This document shows positions 1-10,957 of a DNA stretch of 64,000 nt, piece after piece. The translations under genes were made by a program, and so were the position numbers. The notes under the pieces are model-generated. The model was not told the DNA's origin. It did not search any database and saw nothing but the letters and a program-made list of their open reading frames with translations. Positions within the stretch are counted from its first letter, which is position 1; each line of letters starts with the position of its first letter. Source of the DNA: an uncultured Desulfarculus sp. (GTDB lineage Bacteria; Desulfobacterota; Desulfarculia; Desulfarculales; Desulfarculaceae); contig CAXXUK010000001.1 in the NCBI GenBank assembly GCA_963665125.2, forward strand, positions 256,001 through 320,000. The letters run 5' to 3'.

Positions 1-140
1 AAATACTTGTGCAGGTTGGAAGAAGCCGGCATGAAGCTTTGCATTTTCCAGTGGACTACAGCGCCGGCATGAGCCGTATGGGGCAAGGCCGTGAAAGCCA
101 GGCATATGGCAAATATCACCAAAACAATTGCTCTTCTCAT
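1..140 (-). CDS. TRAP transporter substrate-binding protein (DctP-like), 5' part only, runs off window edge
   Basis: Manual translation from ATG at 140: MRRAIVLVIFAICLAFTALPHTAHA-GAVVHWKMQSFMPASSNLHKY. Signal peptide with AHA site, WKMQS motif typical of DctP N-termini, GGAGGAG RBS upstream. Confidence 0.65.
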   Translation of the reverse strand, partial: MRRAIVLVIFAICLAFTALPHTAHAGAVVHWKMQSFMPASSNLHKY

Positions 141-977
141 CACGTTTTCTCCTCCGGAAAGGTTAAAAAAGGCAGGTATCCATGATTTACCAACAACCAA
201 AGTGCAAACAGTTTGCCGTAATGATTAGCCGTGTTTGTCTGCAAGCTTGGTCGACAGGGCTTTACCTGAGAAAAAACCAGTAAAAACTTGACTTTAGACC
301 ACGGTGATGGCTCATCCTCACATGCCAATAAAGGCCTTGACTTATCGGCCTTTGATTTTTATGAAATAGCCGGAATAATATCGTTTCATCAAGATAATAT
401 TCCGGATGTAAATCCGCCTAACATGGCTGCTTGTTATTTGTTAACGTTGGTGATAAACGCCTATGTTTATCTATTAAGCTCAAGTAAACATCCTGATATT
501 CACGGTATGAATATTTGTTAATAACTTTGCTTACTCCGTATGAATGACCTGCTATGCGCTAATGGATAACCTTAATAGGCTAGCGTTTGAGCGCTGACGG
601 CTTGAATTAGCAAGTTGAATGCCAGGCGATTGGTGTGTTTATTAGCGCGTTAAATCAAGGGGATATGCAGGCGCTTGAGGATAGGACGCAATTGTCGGCA
701 CACGAAATAACGTTGATAGACGAAATATCGTTATGCAAGCATGCGGCAACGGGTCTTTGCCTGCGGTTGGGGTAGACGGTTGGTCGGAGCAAATTGCTGG
801 GGCTTGCACCCCGCCGGGGATGGGTATTCAATACGGTCTGCGCCTGATCAAATATTGGTTTAAATCAGACTACCTACCAAGGGCCGATTCAATAAGCGGC
901 CATAGGGTTTCAAAAGCCGATTGGCTGACGTGTCCGCCTTTAGGGTGAGGAAAAAGCTTTTGGCCGCACCCCTTATA

Positions 978-1607
978 TTACATGGCCGTGGATGGGTTTG
1001 CCTTTTTCAACCTGGCTTCATATATCTCGGGGTAAAGGGTTTTCATGCAATCTGGACAAATACTGTGTGAAAAATCCGCTTCCGAATGGGCCGCGATGTA
1101 GGTTTCCACCTGATGCCAATAGTCTTGGCTGTCACGAATTTTTTTACAATTGGCGCAGATCGGTAAAAGACCGCTCAATTGCTTCACCTTGGCCAAGGCC
1201 TCTTTGAGCTCCCGGTTGGTTTCTTTGAGTTTTCTATCCATATCCGCCTTGTACAAAGCCATTTCGATGGTGGAATGCAACTCCCTTAGTTGGAACGGCT
1301 TGATCAGATAACCGAAAGGCTCGGTGACTTTCGCGCGGTCCAGGATTCCCTGGTCGGCGAAAGCGGTTAGATAAACAACGGGAAACTCGCCGCTGTCTTT
1401 TATTATCCGGGCCGCCTGGATGCCATCCATCTGGCCCTCCAGGTGTATATCCATCAGAATCAAGTCAGGTTTGTTTTCAATGGCAAGTTCAATGGCGTGC
1501 TCTCCGGAACTGGCCTTGGCGCAAACAGAGTAACCCATGGCCCCCAGACGGTCTTCCAGATCCGCCGCGAGAATTCTTTCATCCTCGACAATCATTATTT
1601 TAGGCAT
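978..1607 (-). CDS. Response regulator (REC domain + coiled coil + C-terminal Cys/His putative Zn-binding domain)
   Basis: IMIVEDE, DLILMDI, YLTA, YLIKPF receiver motifs; C-terminal LPICANCKKIRD...SHSICPDC. Confidence 0.92.
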   Translation of the reverse strand: MPKIMIVEDERILAADLEDRLGAMGYSVCAKASSGEHAIELAIENKPDLILMDIHLEGQMDGIQAARIIKDSGEFPVVYLTAFADQGILDRAKVTEPFGYLIKPFQLRELHSTIEMALYKADMDRKLKETNRELKEALAKVKQLSGLLPICANCKKIRDSQDYWHQVETYIAAHSEADFSHSICPDCMKTLYPEIYEARLKKANPSTAM

Positions 1608-1625
1608 GAAAAGTCCTCCCGACCT

Positions 1626-4600
1626 TTATCCGTTTAGGGGCCAACGGATTATTGTTCTGGCGCCACCGCAGTTTTCGATTTTCCATTGACCGTGAAGTTG
1701 TTCCACCATCAGGCCAATGAGTCTGAGCCCTAGGGATTTCTCCTTGTGGATATCAAGCTCGGTGGGGAATCCGACGCCGGTGTCACTCAACACCAACTCG
1801 ATTGCATCTTCATCCAGCCGGCGCGCCACAATATGAACATCGCCTAGGCTGTTTTGGGGAAAGGCGTATTTCAGTGTATTGGTGACCAACTCGTTGATGA
1901 TCAACCCGCATGGTACGGCCTTGTTGACCTCAAGTTTAACTCCGCCGGCATCCACGTGGAAACCAATGCGGCCCGGCTGGGTCTCGAATATGCCGGTCAG
2001 GCTGGCGACAAGCCCGTCGATGTAGCTTTGCAGATCAACCTCGGCCAAGCTGTCGGACCGGTAAAGGGTTTCATGGATCAGGGCCATGGTCCGCACCCTG
2101 TTTTGGCTCTCTTGCAGCGCCATTTGAACGTGGAGATCGTTGACTTTGTTGGCTTGAAGGTTGAGCAGGCTAGACACCACGGCCATGTTGTTTTTGACGC
2201 GGTGGTGGATTTCCCTGAGCAAGACTTCCTTTTCGGCCAGGGCCGTGCGGAGTTCATGGGTGCGGTCGGCCACGATGTCCTCGAGACGGTCCCGATGTTT
2301 GCGCAACTCCTCCTGGGCTGATTTCAATTCGGTGACGTCCATCAGCGAGCACACGTTGCTGTTGGTGCCCGGCAGCATTTCCGTAACCAATAAAATATTT
2401 CGTATCTCTCCCGAACGGGTGACCATGCGAAACTCATATTGATTAGGCACGTCGTCGTCGTCCGTTCTTCTGCGGCGGGCAAACTCCTGCATTCTGTCCA
2501 CATCGTCATCGTGTACGAATTGAGTCCATTTGATCCTGCCCAGGTATTCATCGGACGAGTACCCGCTAAGATGCTCGAATTCACGGTTGGCAAAGGTGAT
2601 GAAAGTGTTTTCATCCACGATTGCGATGGCCGTTCCGGTGTTATCCAGCACGGTCCTATATCGCTGCTCCGATTCCCGCAGAGCCGCCTGGGCCTTCATT
2701 CGCTCAGTGACGTCAATGGCCGTGGATAAAAACGCCTGGCTGTCGTCCCACTGCATGACGCCGACCGATCCGGTCACCATCCTGGTGGATCCATCCTTGT
2801 GCTGCAACTCTGCCTCTATGGTCCCCGGAGAGCCGCTGTCCACCCCTGGCTGAACCATACTTAGCCATTTCTTGCGGGCTTCCTGGTTGGGCCAGATCGC
2901 GGCTTCCAAAGTGGTCTTGCCGATCAGTTCTTCCCGCGTGCGTCCTAAACCGTGGCTGTAGGCGTCGTTGACTTCAATGAACCGGCCGGTACCCATGTCC
3001 GTGATGCACATCCAGGCCGGAGATTCATGAAAAGCCTGCATAAAGTTGCGTCTGCTCTCGGCCAGCTCCGCAGTGCGCGCCTTGACTTTTTTCTCCAAGT
3101 CATCGTGAGCTTTTCGAAGAGCCTTGTTGGCTTGCACCCGATCGGTGATTTCACTGCCCGAACCGCGGTAACCGGTGAATTTGCCTTGTTGATCAAATAG
3201 AGGCACCCCGCTTATGGACATATGGAATGGCTTCTGACTTGGAGTTACAAGACCGTATTCAAACTGATAAAAAGGTCTGTGGGCTTTCAAATTGTCGGTA
3301 TGGGCTTGCCACAGCGCCGGGTCACATAGGCGCTTTTGGGGGGTGATGAAATCCCAACTGGTTTTACCGATGATTTCCTCTTTGCCAATGCCGGTCATGT
3401 TAAAGAATTTGGGTGATATTTCGGAGAAACGGAGGGCTGAATCCATTTCCCAAAACCAGTCCCCGGCCAGTTCCACCATGTGCTTGAACCGCGCCTCGCT
3501 AAGCTTTATTTCCCTTTCCTGCTTTTTTTGCTGCGTAATGTCGCGCAGGTTGACGACCATGCCCTTGACGGCGCCGTCAACACCTTTGAATCTGGCCGCG
3601 CTGATACCCACATCCAAAATTCTGCCGTCTTTGGTCCTGCGTCTGGTTTCGAAGTTGCTCTTGTAACCGTCGTATATCGCGGCTGCTATTTCCTTGAAGG
3701 TGATCTCTTTCTCTTCGTCCGGTACGAAGTCGATTTTCTTGCCAATGACTTCATCGGCTGTCCACCCAAAAACCCTTGTAAACGCAGGATTTATATACTG
3801 GGCCCTGCCTTCGAAGTCATAGACCACCATGGGCTCGTATGATGCCTCCATGGCCGAACGGTATCTTTCCTCTGATACTCGAAGGCTTTCCTGGGTCTTT
3901 TTTAGCTCGGTGATGTTGGTGAACGAATTGATCAGACACTCCTGGCCGGACCATTCTATCTGATCCGCGGACCAAAGCATGTTGAGAATACGGCCGTTAT
4001 TGAGGCTCCATAACATTTCTTCGCCCCTGATGCGCCCGTGAAGGTCGAGCTGTTTTATGAGCCTGGAGCGCTCGACGGGGTCTTGCCATAACCCCACTTC
4101 AAGTGATGTCCGTCCGATGACTTGATCTCTGCTGTAACCTGAAACCACTGAAAAGGCTTCGTTTGTTTCCAGAAGACGGCCTTTCGACTTGGTGGAAATG
4201 GCCATGCATTGCGGGCTGGCTTCCAGGGCGGTCGCAAAGCGTTGTTCGGATTTTTGCAACGCCTTTTCAGCCATCACCCGTTCGGTGATGTCGCGAAACT
4301 CGGTAACCCTGGCTATGCGGCCCCTATAAGGCATGGTTTTGCCCCGGATCTCCAGGGGGTAAACCGTGCCGTCCTTGCGCAAGCCTTCGGCTTCGTAGGT
4401 CTGGCCGTATGCGGATCGTATTTTGGCTCTGACCTCGTCGCGCCAACGCGGGGCGATGATTTTTAAGCCATCCATGCCTACCAGTTCGTTTTCGCTGAAA
4501 CCGGTCAGGTCCGTCAGGGCCTGGTTGGCGTCAAGAATAAAGCCGTCTTCATGGATTGCGATGCCGCCAAAAGAGGCTTCCTGGAGGCAACGGAAACGGT

Positions 4601-5483
4601 ATTCACTTTCCAGCAATTCCGTTTCGGCCCTTTTCCTTTTGGTGATGTCAACAACGTTACCCATGTTGGCCAAGGCGCCGGCCAGGGTTATGGTCGTGGC
4701 TAAAATTTCCACCCAGGCGGACCCGCCGTCACGGCGGAGCACGCGGTATTCGTAGCGTGAAGGTATGCCCTTTATTCCCCGTTGCCGGGCGAGGCCCCGG
4801 CCTTTGACCATTTGCCGGTCGTCGGGATGGACATGCCGCCAGAAATCGCTTCCGATTATTTCTTCGACCCTGGAGCCCAGGATTTCGGCAAAACGAGGGT
4901 TGACATAGAGAAACTTGTCGCCCTGAATAATGTACGCGCCGGTGAGTGAATGGTCGGCGATGAGACGGTAGCGCTCTTCGCTTTCCTCGAGAGCGGCTTG
5001 GGCCCTCCTTTGTTCGGTCAGGTCCAAAAACTGTGAAACATTGAAGCGCCTTCCGGATTTGTCAATAAAAACAGTGGCGCTGATCTCGACGTTAAACGTT
5101 CGTCCGTCTTTATGCTGTAAATCAAACTGATAGCGGGAGGGTACGTCCTCGCCCCTCATACGGCGGTGGTAGCGGTCCGTTATCAGTTCCTTGGCTTCTT
5201 GGGCCATGATAAGGGTAGGCGGGCTGCCTACAATCTCTTCATAGGTGTATCCGGTCATCTGGCAGATATGGCTGTTGGCGTAAACGATTTTAAAGTCATC
5301 GTTTATGATGATGATGCCGTCGTGGGAATACTCGACCACCGAGCGAAAACGCTCTTCATCCTCCGAAGCCGACACTTCCGCCTGATGTCCATTGCGCGCC
5401 TGGGCTTCAAGGTGGGCAAGCCTGCCGCGCAGGGCTGACAGCTCTTCTATCAGTTGGGCTTTGGTTTTGGATGTATCCAACAT
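1626..5483 (-). CDS. Cytoplasmic multi-PAS sensor histidine kinase, HisKA_2 type
   Basis: Eight PAS/PAC repeats (E.R[FY]R...D[IL]TE.K), H-box LLREIHHRVKNN, N-box NELVTNTLKYAF, G-boxes DTGVG and SLGL; no TM segment seen. Confidence 0.93.
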   Translation of the reverse strand: MLDTSKTKAQLIEELSALRGRLAHLEAQARNGHQAEVSASEDEERFRSVVEYSHDGIIIINDDFKIVYANSHICQMTGYTYEEIVGSPPTLIMAQEAKELITDRYHRRMRGEDVPSRYQFDLQHKDGRTFNVEISATVFIDKSGRRFNVSQFLDLTEQRRAQAALEESEERYRLIADHSLTGAYIIQGDKFLYVNPRFAEILGSRVEEIIGSDFWRHVHPDDRQMVKGRGLARQRGIKGIPSRYEYRVLRRDGGSAWVEILATTITLAGALANMGNVVDITKRKRAETELLESEYRFRCLQEASFGGIAIHEDGFILDANQALTDLTGFSENELVGMDGLKIIAPRWRDEVRAKIRSAYGQTYEAEGLRKDGTVYPLEIRGKTMPYRGRIARVTEFRDITERVMAEKALQKSEQRFATALEASPQCMAISTKSKGRLLETNEAFSVVSGYSRDQVIGRTSLEVGLWQDPVERSRLIKQLDLHGRIRGEEMLWSLNNGRILNMLWSADQIEWSGQECLINSFTNITELKKTQESLRVSEERYRSAMEASYEPMVVYDFEGRAQYINPAFTRVFGWTADEVIGKKIDFVPDEEKEITFKEIAAAIYDGYKSNFETRRRTKDGRILDVGISAARFKGVDGAVKGMVVNLRDITQQKKQEREIKLSEARFKHMVELAGDWFWEMDSALRFSEISPKFFNMTGIGKEEIIGKTSWDFITPQKRLCDPALWQAHTDNLKAHRPFYQFEYGLVTPSQKPFHMSISGVPLFDQQGKFTGYRGSGSEITDRVQANKALRKAHDDLEKKVKARTAELAESRRNFMQAFHESPAWMCITDMGTGRFIEVNDAYSHGLGRTREELIGKTTLEAAIWPNQEARKKWLSMVQPGVDSGSPGTIEAELQHKDGSTRMVTGSVGVMQWDDSQAFLSTAIDVTERMKAQAALRESEQRYRTVLDNTGTAIAIVDENTFITFANREFEHLSGYSSDEYLGRIKWTQFVHDDDVDRMQEFARRRRTDDDDVPNQYEFRMVTRSGEIRNILLVTEMLPGTNSNVCSLMDVTELKSAQEELRKHRDRLEDIVADRTHELRTALAEKEVLLREIHHRVKNNMAVVSSLLNLQANKVNDLHVQMALQESQNRVRTMALIHETLYRSDSLAEVDLQSYIDGLVASLTGIFETQPGRIGFHVDAGGVKLEVNKAVPCGLIINELVTNTLKYAFPQNSLGDVHIVARRLDEDAIELVLSDTGVGFPTELDIHKEKSLGLRLIGLMVEQLHGQWKIENCGGARTIIRWPLNG

Positions 5484-5785
5484 TGTATTCGCTGCAATAA
5501 ATGGTCTGTCGATTGATAGGATTTATAATAGCATAAAGGTATTCATGGATTGGGCATATATGAGGGTCTATCTGCTAGCCAAGTTAGTTGCCCCTCGCCA
5601 AAGGCGATAGCTTTTTGCCTGGCGCTGTTCCATCACTTTCTTACGCAAACCTTTCTTTGCATGGCCTTTGCGGGATATAATAAATCGAAGGCCCGCTGGC
5701 GGATGACAGCTCTCGGCTGGGGGCCTTCATTCGCCGCTTCGTCGGCCAGCGGCATGCTCTGACCGCTTTCCGGACGTGACGGCTA

Positions 5786-7273
5786 TTGTCAGGGCAAGGG
5801 AGTGGAGTCTTGTCTCCCTGCTGGGGTCGCATTATTGGTTACGTCTGTTTGAGCTTCGCTCTGGGCCTGGCAATACCGCCGCTTTTCCAGGCGGACCGTC
5901 GTAGTGAAACCGTGACCCACCCGGTGGTGTTCCTCACCGCCGTGGCCTTGAATAGCAAGGCCTTGGCTCCCGCCTGCAAAGCCGAGCCCCTCGCCATTTC
6001 CGACGCGTATTTGGACCAGGCCCCCCTGGTGAAAGCGGCCGTTGCGCGCCTGTTGAAGCAAGGCCCCCAGGAGGGCGGGGTGCAGATCTTCTCACGGCAG
6101 CCAGCGGCCTTGGCCGAGCGCCTGGGCCAAGGCCAGGCCGGCTCCTTTTGTTTTGCTTATGGCGGCCAACTATATCTGCTGCGCCCACACATCGTCCAAG
6201 GCGACAACCGCGCCGCAGTCTGGGTGGCCGGAGTGCAAACTCCTCGCCCCGACTTGGCCAAGGCCCTTGGCCGGGAGGACCTGGCCGACTATCCAGCCCT
6301 TGCCGGACGCCTGGCCGAACTGGATGAATTGTCAGAGAAGGCCATTGAACGCTATCAGCGCGCACAGCGCCAAAAAGGGCAAGCCGCCAGGCCCACAAAA
6401 GAGGCGGTTTCCGACCACGAGCGCGCCGCCCAGGCCTGGCGCCAGATCGAGGAAAGCGCCCGGGCAAATCACGAATGGATAAACGATCTGCGCGACCAGA
6501 GCCGGTTCAGTCCCTATTACCGCCGGTCGCGGCTGGACATGCCGCCGGAGCGCTGGCACTCCCTGATGAAAAGCCTGGGCAATTCCGATAATTGGCAGGC
6601 CTTTACCTACGGCGGTTATCTGTTCATCGGCCAGGTCGAGCAACTGACCGAGACCGTTGAGGTGCTAATCGGGGGCGCATTCTGGGGACGGGTGATAGCC
6701 GCAGGCCTGCTGTTCATTTTGGGACTCTGGGTCATGCGCAGGGCCTATCTGGTGGGGCCGGGTATACGCCTGAACCCCCAGTGGGCGGCGGTGTTCGCCG
6801 ACACCGTATTTATATTGGCCGCTGCTTTCGGAGCCTATTGCATCGTTGATTTGGCCATGGCCGATCTGTTGGGGGCGCTGGCCCAGATGGATGAGGCCGT
6901 GCAAGCGGTGTGCGCCTTGATGTATCTGCCGTCCCTGGTGTTCATGGCCGTGTTCGCCGCCAGGCTGGCTTGCCAGACCCTGGAGATCACGCCCGCCGCT
7001 GTCATTCGCCACGGCCCCGGCGGCCGCCGCATGCTGCCCTGGGAGAGCGTCCAAGGCTTTGAATTGCAGGACACCCACGTGCTGGTGGGCCGGGTGGGTA
7101 TATTGATACCGCGCAAGCTGCAAACCATGCTGGTGATCAAGGCCGAGGAAGGCGACGTCGCCGTGGTGGAACCGGGTCTGCGAGCCATAAAAGAAAAGGT
7201 GGTCGGCGAACTGGGCAAAATGGTGCCGCCCCGGCTGCAAAACGACATCCAACGTCTGTCTAGGGATTGGTAG
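5786..7273 (+). CDS. Hypothetical membrane protein (N-terminal anchor, soluble domain, about 3 C-terminal TM helices, small C-terminal soluble domain)
   Basis: 495-aa ORF with genome-like codon usage and clear hydrophobic segments; start uncertain (TTG 5786 or 5810). Confidence 0.7.
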   Translation: MSGQGSGVLSPCWGRIIGYVCLSFALGLAIPPLFQADRRSETVTHPVVFLTAVALNSKALAPACKAEPLAISDAYLDQAPLVKAAVARLLKQGPQEGGVQIFSRQPAALAERLGQGQAGSFCFAYGGQLYLLRPHIVQGDNRAAVWVAGVQTPRPDLAKALGREDLADYPALAGRLAELDELSEKAIERYQRAQRQKGQAARPTKEAVSDHERAAQAWRQIEESARANHEWINDLRDQSRFSPYYRRSRLDMPPERWHSLMKSLGNSDNWQAFTYGGYLFIGQVEQLTETVEVLIGGAFWGRVIAAGLLFILGLWVMRRAYLVGPGIRLNPQWAAVFADTVFILAAAFGAYCIVDLAMADLLGALAQMDEAVQAVCALMYLPSLVFMAVFAARLACQTLEITPAAVIRHGPGGRRMLPWESVQGFELQDTHVLVGRVGILIPRKLQTMLVIKAEEGDVAVVEPGLRAIKEKVVGELGKMVPPRLQNDIQRLSRDW

Positions 7274-7340
7274 CGTCAGGTTAAAGCTCCGTTCAACCTG
7301 CACTACGCCGCGGTGTTATATGGCCTCAATAATTAATGAT

Positions 7341-9335
7341 TTATTGAGTGTTTTCCTTGACCAATGAGTCCAAATTCAATTGGGCGAGTTTGGCTTGGGT
7401 GGGTGTCCCGTCCTCCATGTCCCAGCCCCGGCGTTCCAAAAAATCACCTTGCAGGGTTTTTACGTCCACGGTGATTTTCCGCATGGGTCCCTTTGTCAGC
7501 GGTGGTGTACCCTCCGCCCGCAAGGGAAGCCGGAAGTCCTTGAGCGGCTTTATGCCGTGCTTGGCGTTGAAGGCCTGACGCAGGTTCTGGATGCGTTCAC
7601 CCACCACCAGGTAGTGCTCCGGCTCGTGGTCCCAGCCGGTGACAGCGTTGGTATAGGCGGGCAGATTGAGCCTGCCGTCCATCTGTACGCCGAACAGGCA
7701 GCCGCCCACCCCGTTTACAAACTGCATGTAGTTGCTGGCGACAAACATATGCAGGGCCCTGTCCTGCTCCAGCTTGTATTTTGACTTCACCATGGAAAAC
7801 ACGGGAAGCTTTGGCAAATCCTTGAATAACCGGTTCAGGGCGAACATCTCGATCCACTGATAGGACATGTTGGTGTGCCTGCCTGGGGTGGGCTCCAGGA
7901 CGTAGCTGATCACAAAGCCTGGATCAAAGCGGCTGTCGTGCATCGGCATTTCCTGCCCCCCGGCATGCATGGCTAAAGAATGGCCCTTACCCAGCCTGGC
8001 TACCGCCCGTTTACTACCGTCAGCCAGAATATCGCCAATGCCGTCACGCCGAATCATTTTGTCAATCATCTTCATGACTGCCTCGGAATCCCCCCAGGCC
8101 ATATCGATTCCGTCCAATTCGGCTTTTCCCAAGATTCCCTGTTCATAGCAATCCATGACCCAGGCAATGGTGGCTCCGGCACTGATGGTGTCCATTCCCG
8201 CCCGGTTGAGCAGATCGTTTATCTTGAAGATAGCGTATAGGTCTCTGTTCAACATCAGCGGTCCAAAGGCGCACACGGATTCATATTCCGGCTTGTGTGT
8301 CTCGCCAAGCGGGTAAGGGCCTTCCTTTATCTCGACAATGCCCCCGCACCCCAAAGGGCATGAGAAGCAATGGTATTTTTTCACCTGACAGTCGACTATG
8401 CGCTGCGGGTTGAGTTGGTCGGCGTGGGTGGCGATGGGGAAATCTCCCACGCCGCTGCCTTTCCAGTTTTTCACCGGGGAGTCGCCGTTTTCCGAGGAAA
8501 GTACGTTGGTGACCACGGTGCCGTATTTGCCCAGGGCCAGTTTGGTCAGGTCGCCGGACTGGGCCATGGCCACGGGCGAGACGCGCATGACCCGGCCGAG
8601 GGCGTTGAGCATTCCGGCACTGAGGTATTTCTGGGCGGCTCTGCCCTTGTCGAACCAGGCGGTGAATTCCTTGTTCAAGGCGCTGACCCTTTCCCGGTCG
8701 GCCACCTTGATTTTTTGCTTACCGCCCACCACCACGGCTTTGAGTTTTTTGGCGCCCATGACCGCGCCCAGGCCCGAACGGGCGGCGATGCGGCCCTTGT
8801 CGGTGACGATCCCGGAAATCAGCGACAGCCTTTCCCCGGCCGGGCCGATCAGGGCGACTTGGCACTTGGCCCCGGCTTCGGCCTTGATGCGGTCATCAGC
8901 ATCCACGCAGTCGAGCCCCCAAAGGTGGCCGGCGTCCACCAATTTGGCGGCCCCGTCCATCACTTTCAGATAGACCGGGGTGCGGGACACGCCGCGGACA
9001 AAGATGCCGTCAAAGCCGCTCCGTTTGAGGGCATGGGAGAACTTGCCGCCGGCATTGGATTCGCCCCAGCCTCCGGTCAGGGGAGATTTGGCGGCCGCTA
9101 TCCAACGGCCGGTGAAAAACGCGCCGCTGCCGGTCAGCAGGCCCGATACCAGCGCCAATGTATTGTCCGCGCCCAAGGGGTCGGCTCCGGCCGGGATGCG
9201 TTCATAAAGCAGGCGGACGGCCAGACCGGCACCTGAGGTAAAACCATCGTACAGTGCCTCGGCAATGATCTCTTCCCGGATAATACCGGAATCAAGATCC
9301 ACGTTGAGTATCTTGCCCATGTAGCCATTGCCCAT
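7341..9335 (-). CDS. aor: Aldehyde ferredoxin oxidoreductase family (W/Mo-pterin)
   Basis: KILNVDL, KSPLTG, GRIAARSGLGAVMGAKKLKA, CFSCPLGC, PEYES, GMDTIS motifs. Confidence 0.92.
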   Translation of the reverse strand: MGNGYMGKILNVDLDSGIIREEIIAEALYDGFTSGAGLAVRLLYERIPAGADPLGADNTLALVSGLLTGSGAFFTGRWIAAAKSPLTGGWGESNAGGKFSHALKRSGFDGIFVRGVSRTPVYLKVMDGAAKLVDAGHLWGLDCVDADDRIKAEAGAKCQVALIGPAGERLSLISGIVTDKGRIAARSGLGAVMGAKKLKAVVVGGKQKIKVADRERVSALNKEFTAWFDKGRAAQKYLSAGMLNALGRVMRVSPVAMAQSGDLTKLALGKYGTVVTNVLSSENGDSPVKNWKGSGVGDFPIATHADQLNPQRIVDCQVKKYHCFSCPLGCGGIVEIKEGPYPLGETHKPEYESVCAFGPLMLNRDLYAIFKINDLLNRAGMDTISAGATIAWVMDCYEQGILGKAELDGIDMAWGDSEAVMKMIDKMIRRDGIGDILADGSKRAVARLGKGHSLAMHAGGQEMPMHDSRFDPGFVISYVLEPTPGRHTNMSYQWIEMFALNRLFKDLPKLPVFSMVKSKYKLEQDRALHMFVASNYMQFVNGVGGCLFGVQMDGRLNLPAYTNAVTGWDHEPEHYLVVGERIQNLRQAFNAKHGIKPLKDFRLPLRAEGTPPLTKGPMRKITVDVKTLQGDFLERRGWDMEDGTPTQAKLAQLNLDSLVKENTQ

Positions 9336-9394
9336 GATTCGTCCTTCCCGTTGGATGCAGACCTGTTTTCCGGCGCGGCGCGGTTTGTCGGTGT

Positions 9395-10918
9395 TTAGGC
9401 GCCCGCGCCGTATTCCTTGCGCAAAGCCTTTTTCAAGACCTTGCCCGAAGGCGTCCGGGGCAGTTCATCGGTGAAAACAACCTTCTTGGGTATCTTGTAG
9501 GGCGCCAATTTGCCCTTGCAGGCCTCCAGAATCTGATCGCCGCTTATCGACGCCTCGGCATCCCTGATGACAACGGCCAAGCCGGTTTCGCCCCAGATCT
9601 TGTGCGGGACGCCGATAACCGCCGCGTCCACCACTCCAGGCAGGGCAGTCAGGACGTTTTCCACTTCAGCCGGGTAGACGTTTTCACCCCCGCTGATGTA
9701 CATGTCCTTTTTACGGTCCTTTATGTAGAGGTAGCCGTCCCGGTCCAGATAACCCATGTCGCCGGTGTGAATCCAGCCGTCGACAATGGCCGCCTCGGTG
9801 GCCTCGGGGTTGCGCCAGTACTCGGTGAAAACAACAGGGCCCTTGGCCAGGATCTCGCCGGACTCGCCCCAGGGCAGGTCCTCGCCATGATCATCGACCA
9901 CCCTGACCGACATGTGGAACATGGGTTTGCCGCAAGATCCCGCTTTGGCCAGGCAGTCTTCCGCGCGTAGCGTGGTGACCACGGCCGCTTCGGTCATGCC
10001 GTAGCCCTGGGAAAACCTGACGCCCTTGGCCTGAAAGGTTTTGATCAGCGCCTCGGAGCACGGCGACCCGCCGGCCACGCAGAAGTCCAGGCTGGACAGG
10101 TCCGCGTCGGGGAAGTTGGGGGCGTAGCTCATGAACAAATACATCACCGGGATGCCCAGCATGCTGTTGACCTTGTGGTCTTCGATCAAGCGAAGGATGC
10201 CCACCGGGTCGAACAACCGCTGGATAACCAGTTGGGCGCCTACATAAAGATTGGGCACCGCCGAGCAAAGCAATCCACCCACATGGAAAAACGGGGCGCA
10301 ACACGCCGTGACATGGGATTTGTCGCAGCGGTAGGTGCCCAGGTAGTGGATTGCGTTCCAAAGGGTGTTGCCGTGGGAGATGACAGCCCCCTTGGGTTTG
10401 CCCGTGGTGCCCGAAGTATAAATGATCAGGTGTGGATCGTCCGAACCGACCTCATAGGGCACCACCGGCTCGGCATCGGAGTGGCCGGCGATCCAGGCCT
10501 CATGCTCCATGTCGCCGTCAATGCCTCCGGCGAGTTCGCAGATCGTTTGTTTGACGCCTGTGATCTTTTTGCGCATCGCTCCCAGCAATGAGGCGAACTC
10601 CGGTGAATAGACCAGCATATCCGGTTCGCTGTCTTGGAGGATGCCCACCAGTTCGGTTGCCGAGAGCCTGAAATTGAGGGGCACCAGGATGCCGCCCAGC
10701 TTTGACAGGGCGAAAAACAATTCCAGCAGGACGTGTCCGTTGGCCATCAGGGCCGCCAGCCGGTCTCCCTTTTTCAGACCAGCGTGCTGCAGGGCGTGGC
10801 ACAGACGGTTCACGCGCTGGTTGAACTCCAGTTTGCTCAACGTTGCGCCGCCCTCGGTGATGCACGGCTCATTGGGATGCAGATAGGCCCACTGGGTTGT
10901 CCATTCACCTACGTTCAT
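9395..10918 (-). CDS. Acyl-CoA synthetase (AMP-forming), FadD/MenE-like
   Basis: YTSGTTGKPKG, GYGMTE, TGDMG, DRKKDMYISGGENVYPAEVE, PSGKVLK. Confidence 0.93.
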   Translation of the reverse strand: MNVGEWTTQWAYLHPNEPCITEGGATLSKLEFNQRVNRLCHALQHAGLKKGDRLAALMANGHVLLELFFALSKLGGILVPLNFRLSATELVGILQDSEPDMLVYSPEFASLLGAMRKKITGVKQTICELAGGIDGDMEHEAWIAGHSDAEPVVPYEVGSDDPHLIIYTSGTTGKPKGAVISHGNTLWNAIHYLGTYRCDKSHVTACCAPFFHVGGLLCSAVPNLYVGAQLVIQRLFDPVGILRLIEDHKVNSMLGIPVMYLFMSYAPNFPDADLSSLDFCVAGGSPCSEALIKTFQAKGVRFSQGYGMTEAAVVTTLRAEDCLAKAGSCGKPMFHMSVRVVDDHGEDLPWGESGEILAKGPVVFTEYWRNPEATEAAIVDGWIHTGDMGYLDRDGYLYIKDRKKDMYISGGENVYPAEVENVLTALPGVVDAAVIGVPHKIWGETGLAVVIRDAEASISGDQILEACKGKLAPYKIPKKVVFTDELPRTPSGKVLKKALRKEYGAGA

Positions 10919-10957
10919 ATTGCTCCTCCTTGGTTTACCTTTCCCTTTCGTGACCGG

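Noticed and set aside
140..948. Short ORFs of 62-77 aa in the first intergenic region
   Set aside because: No RBS or motif support and composition unlike the real genes.
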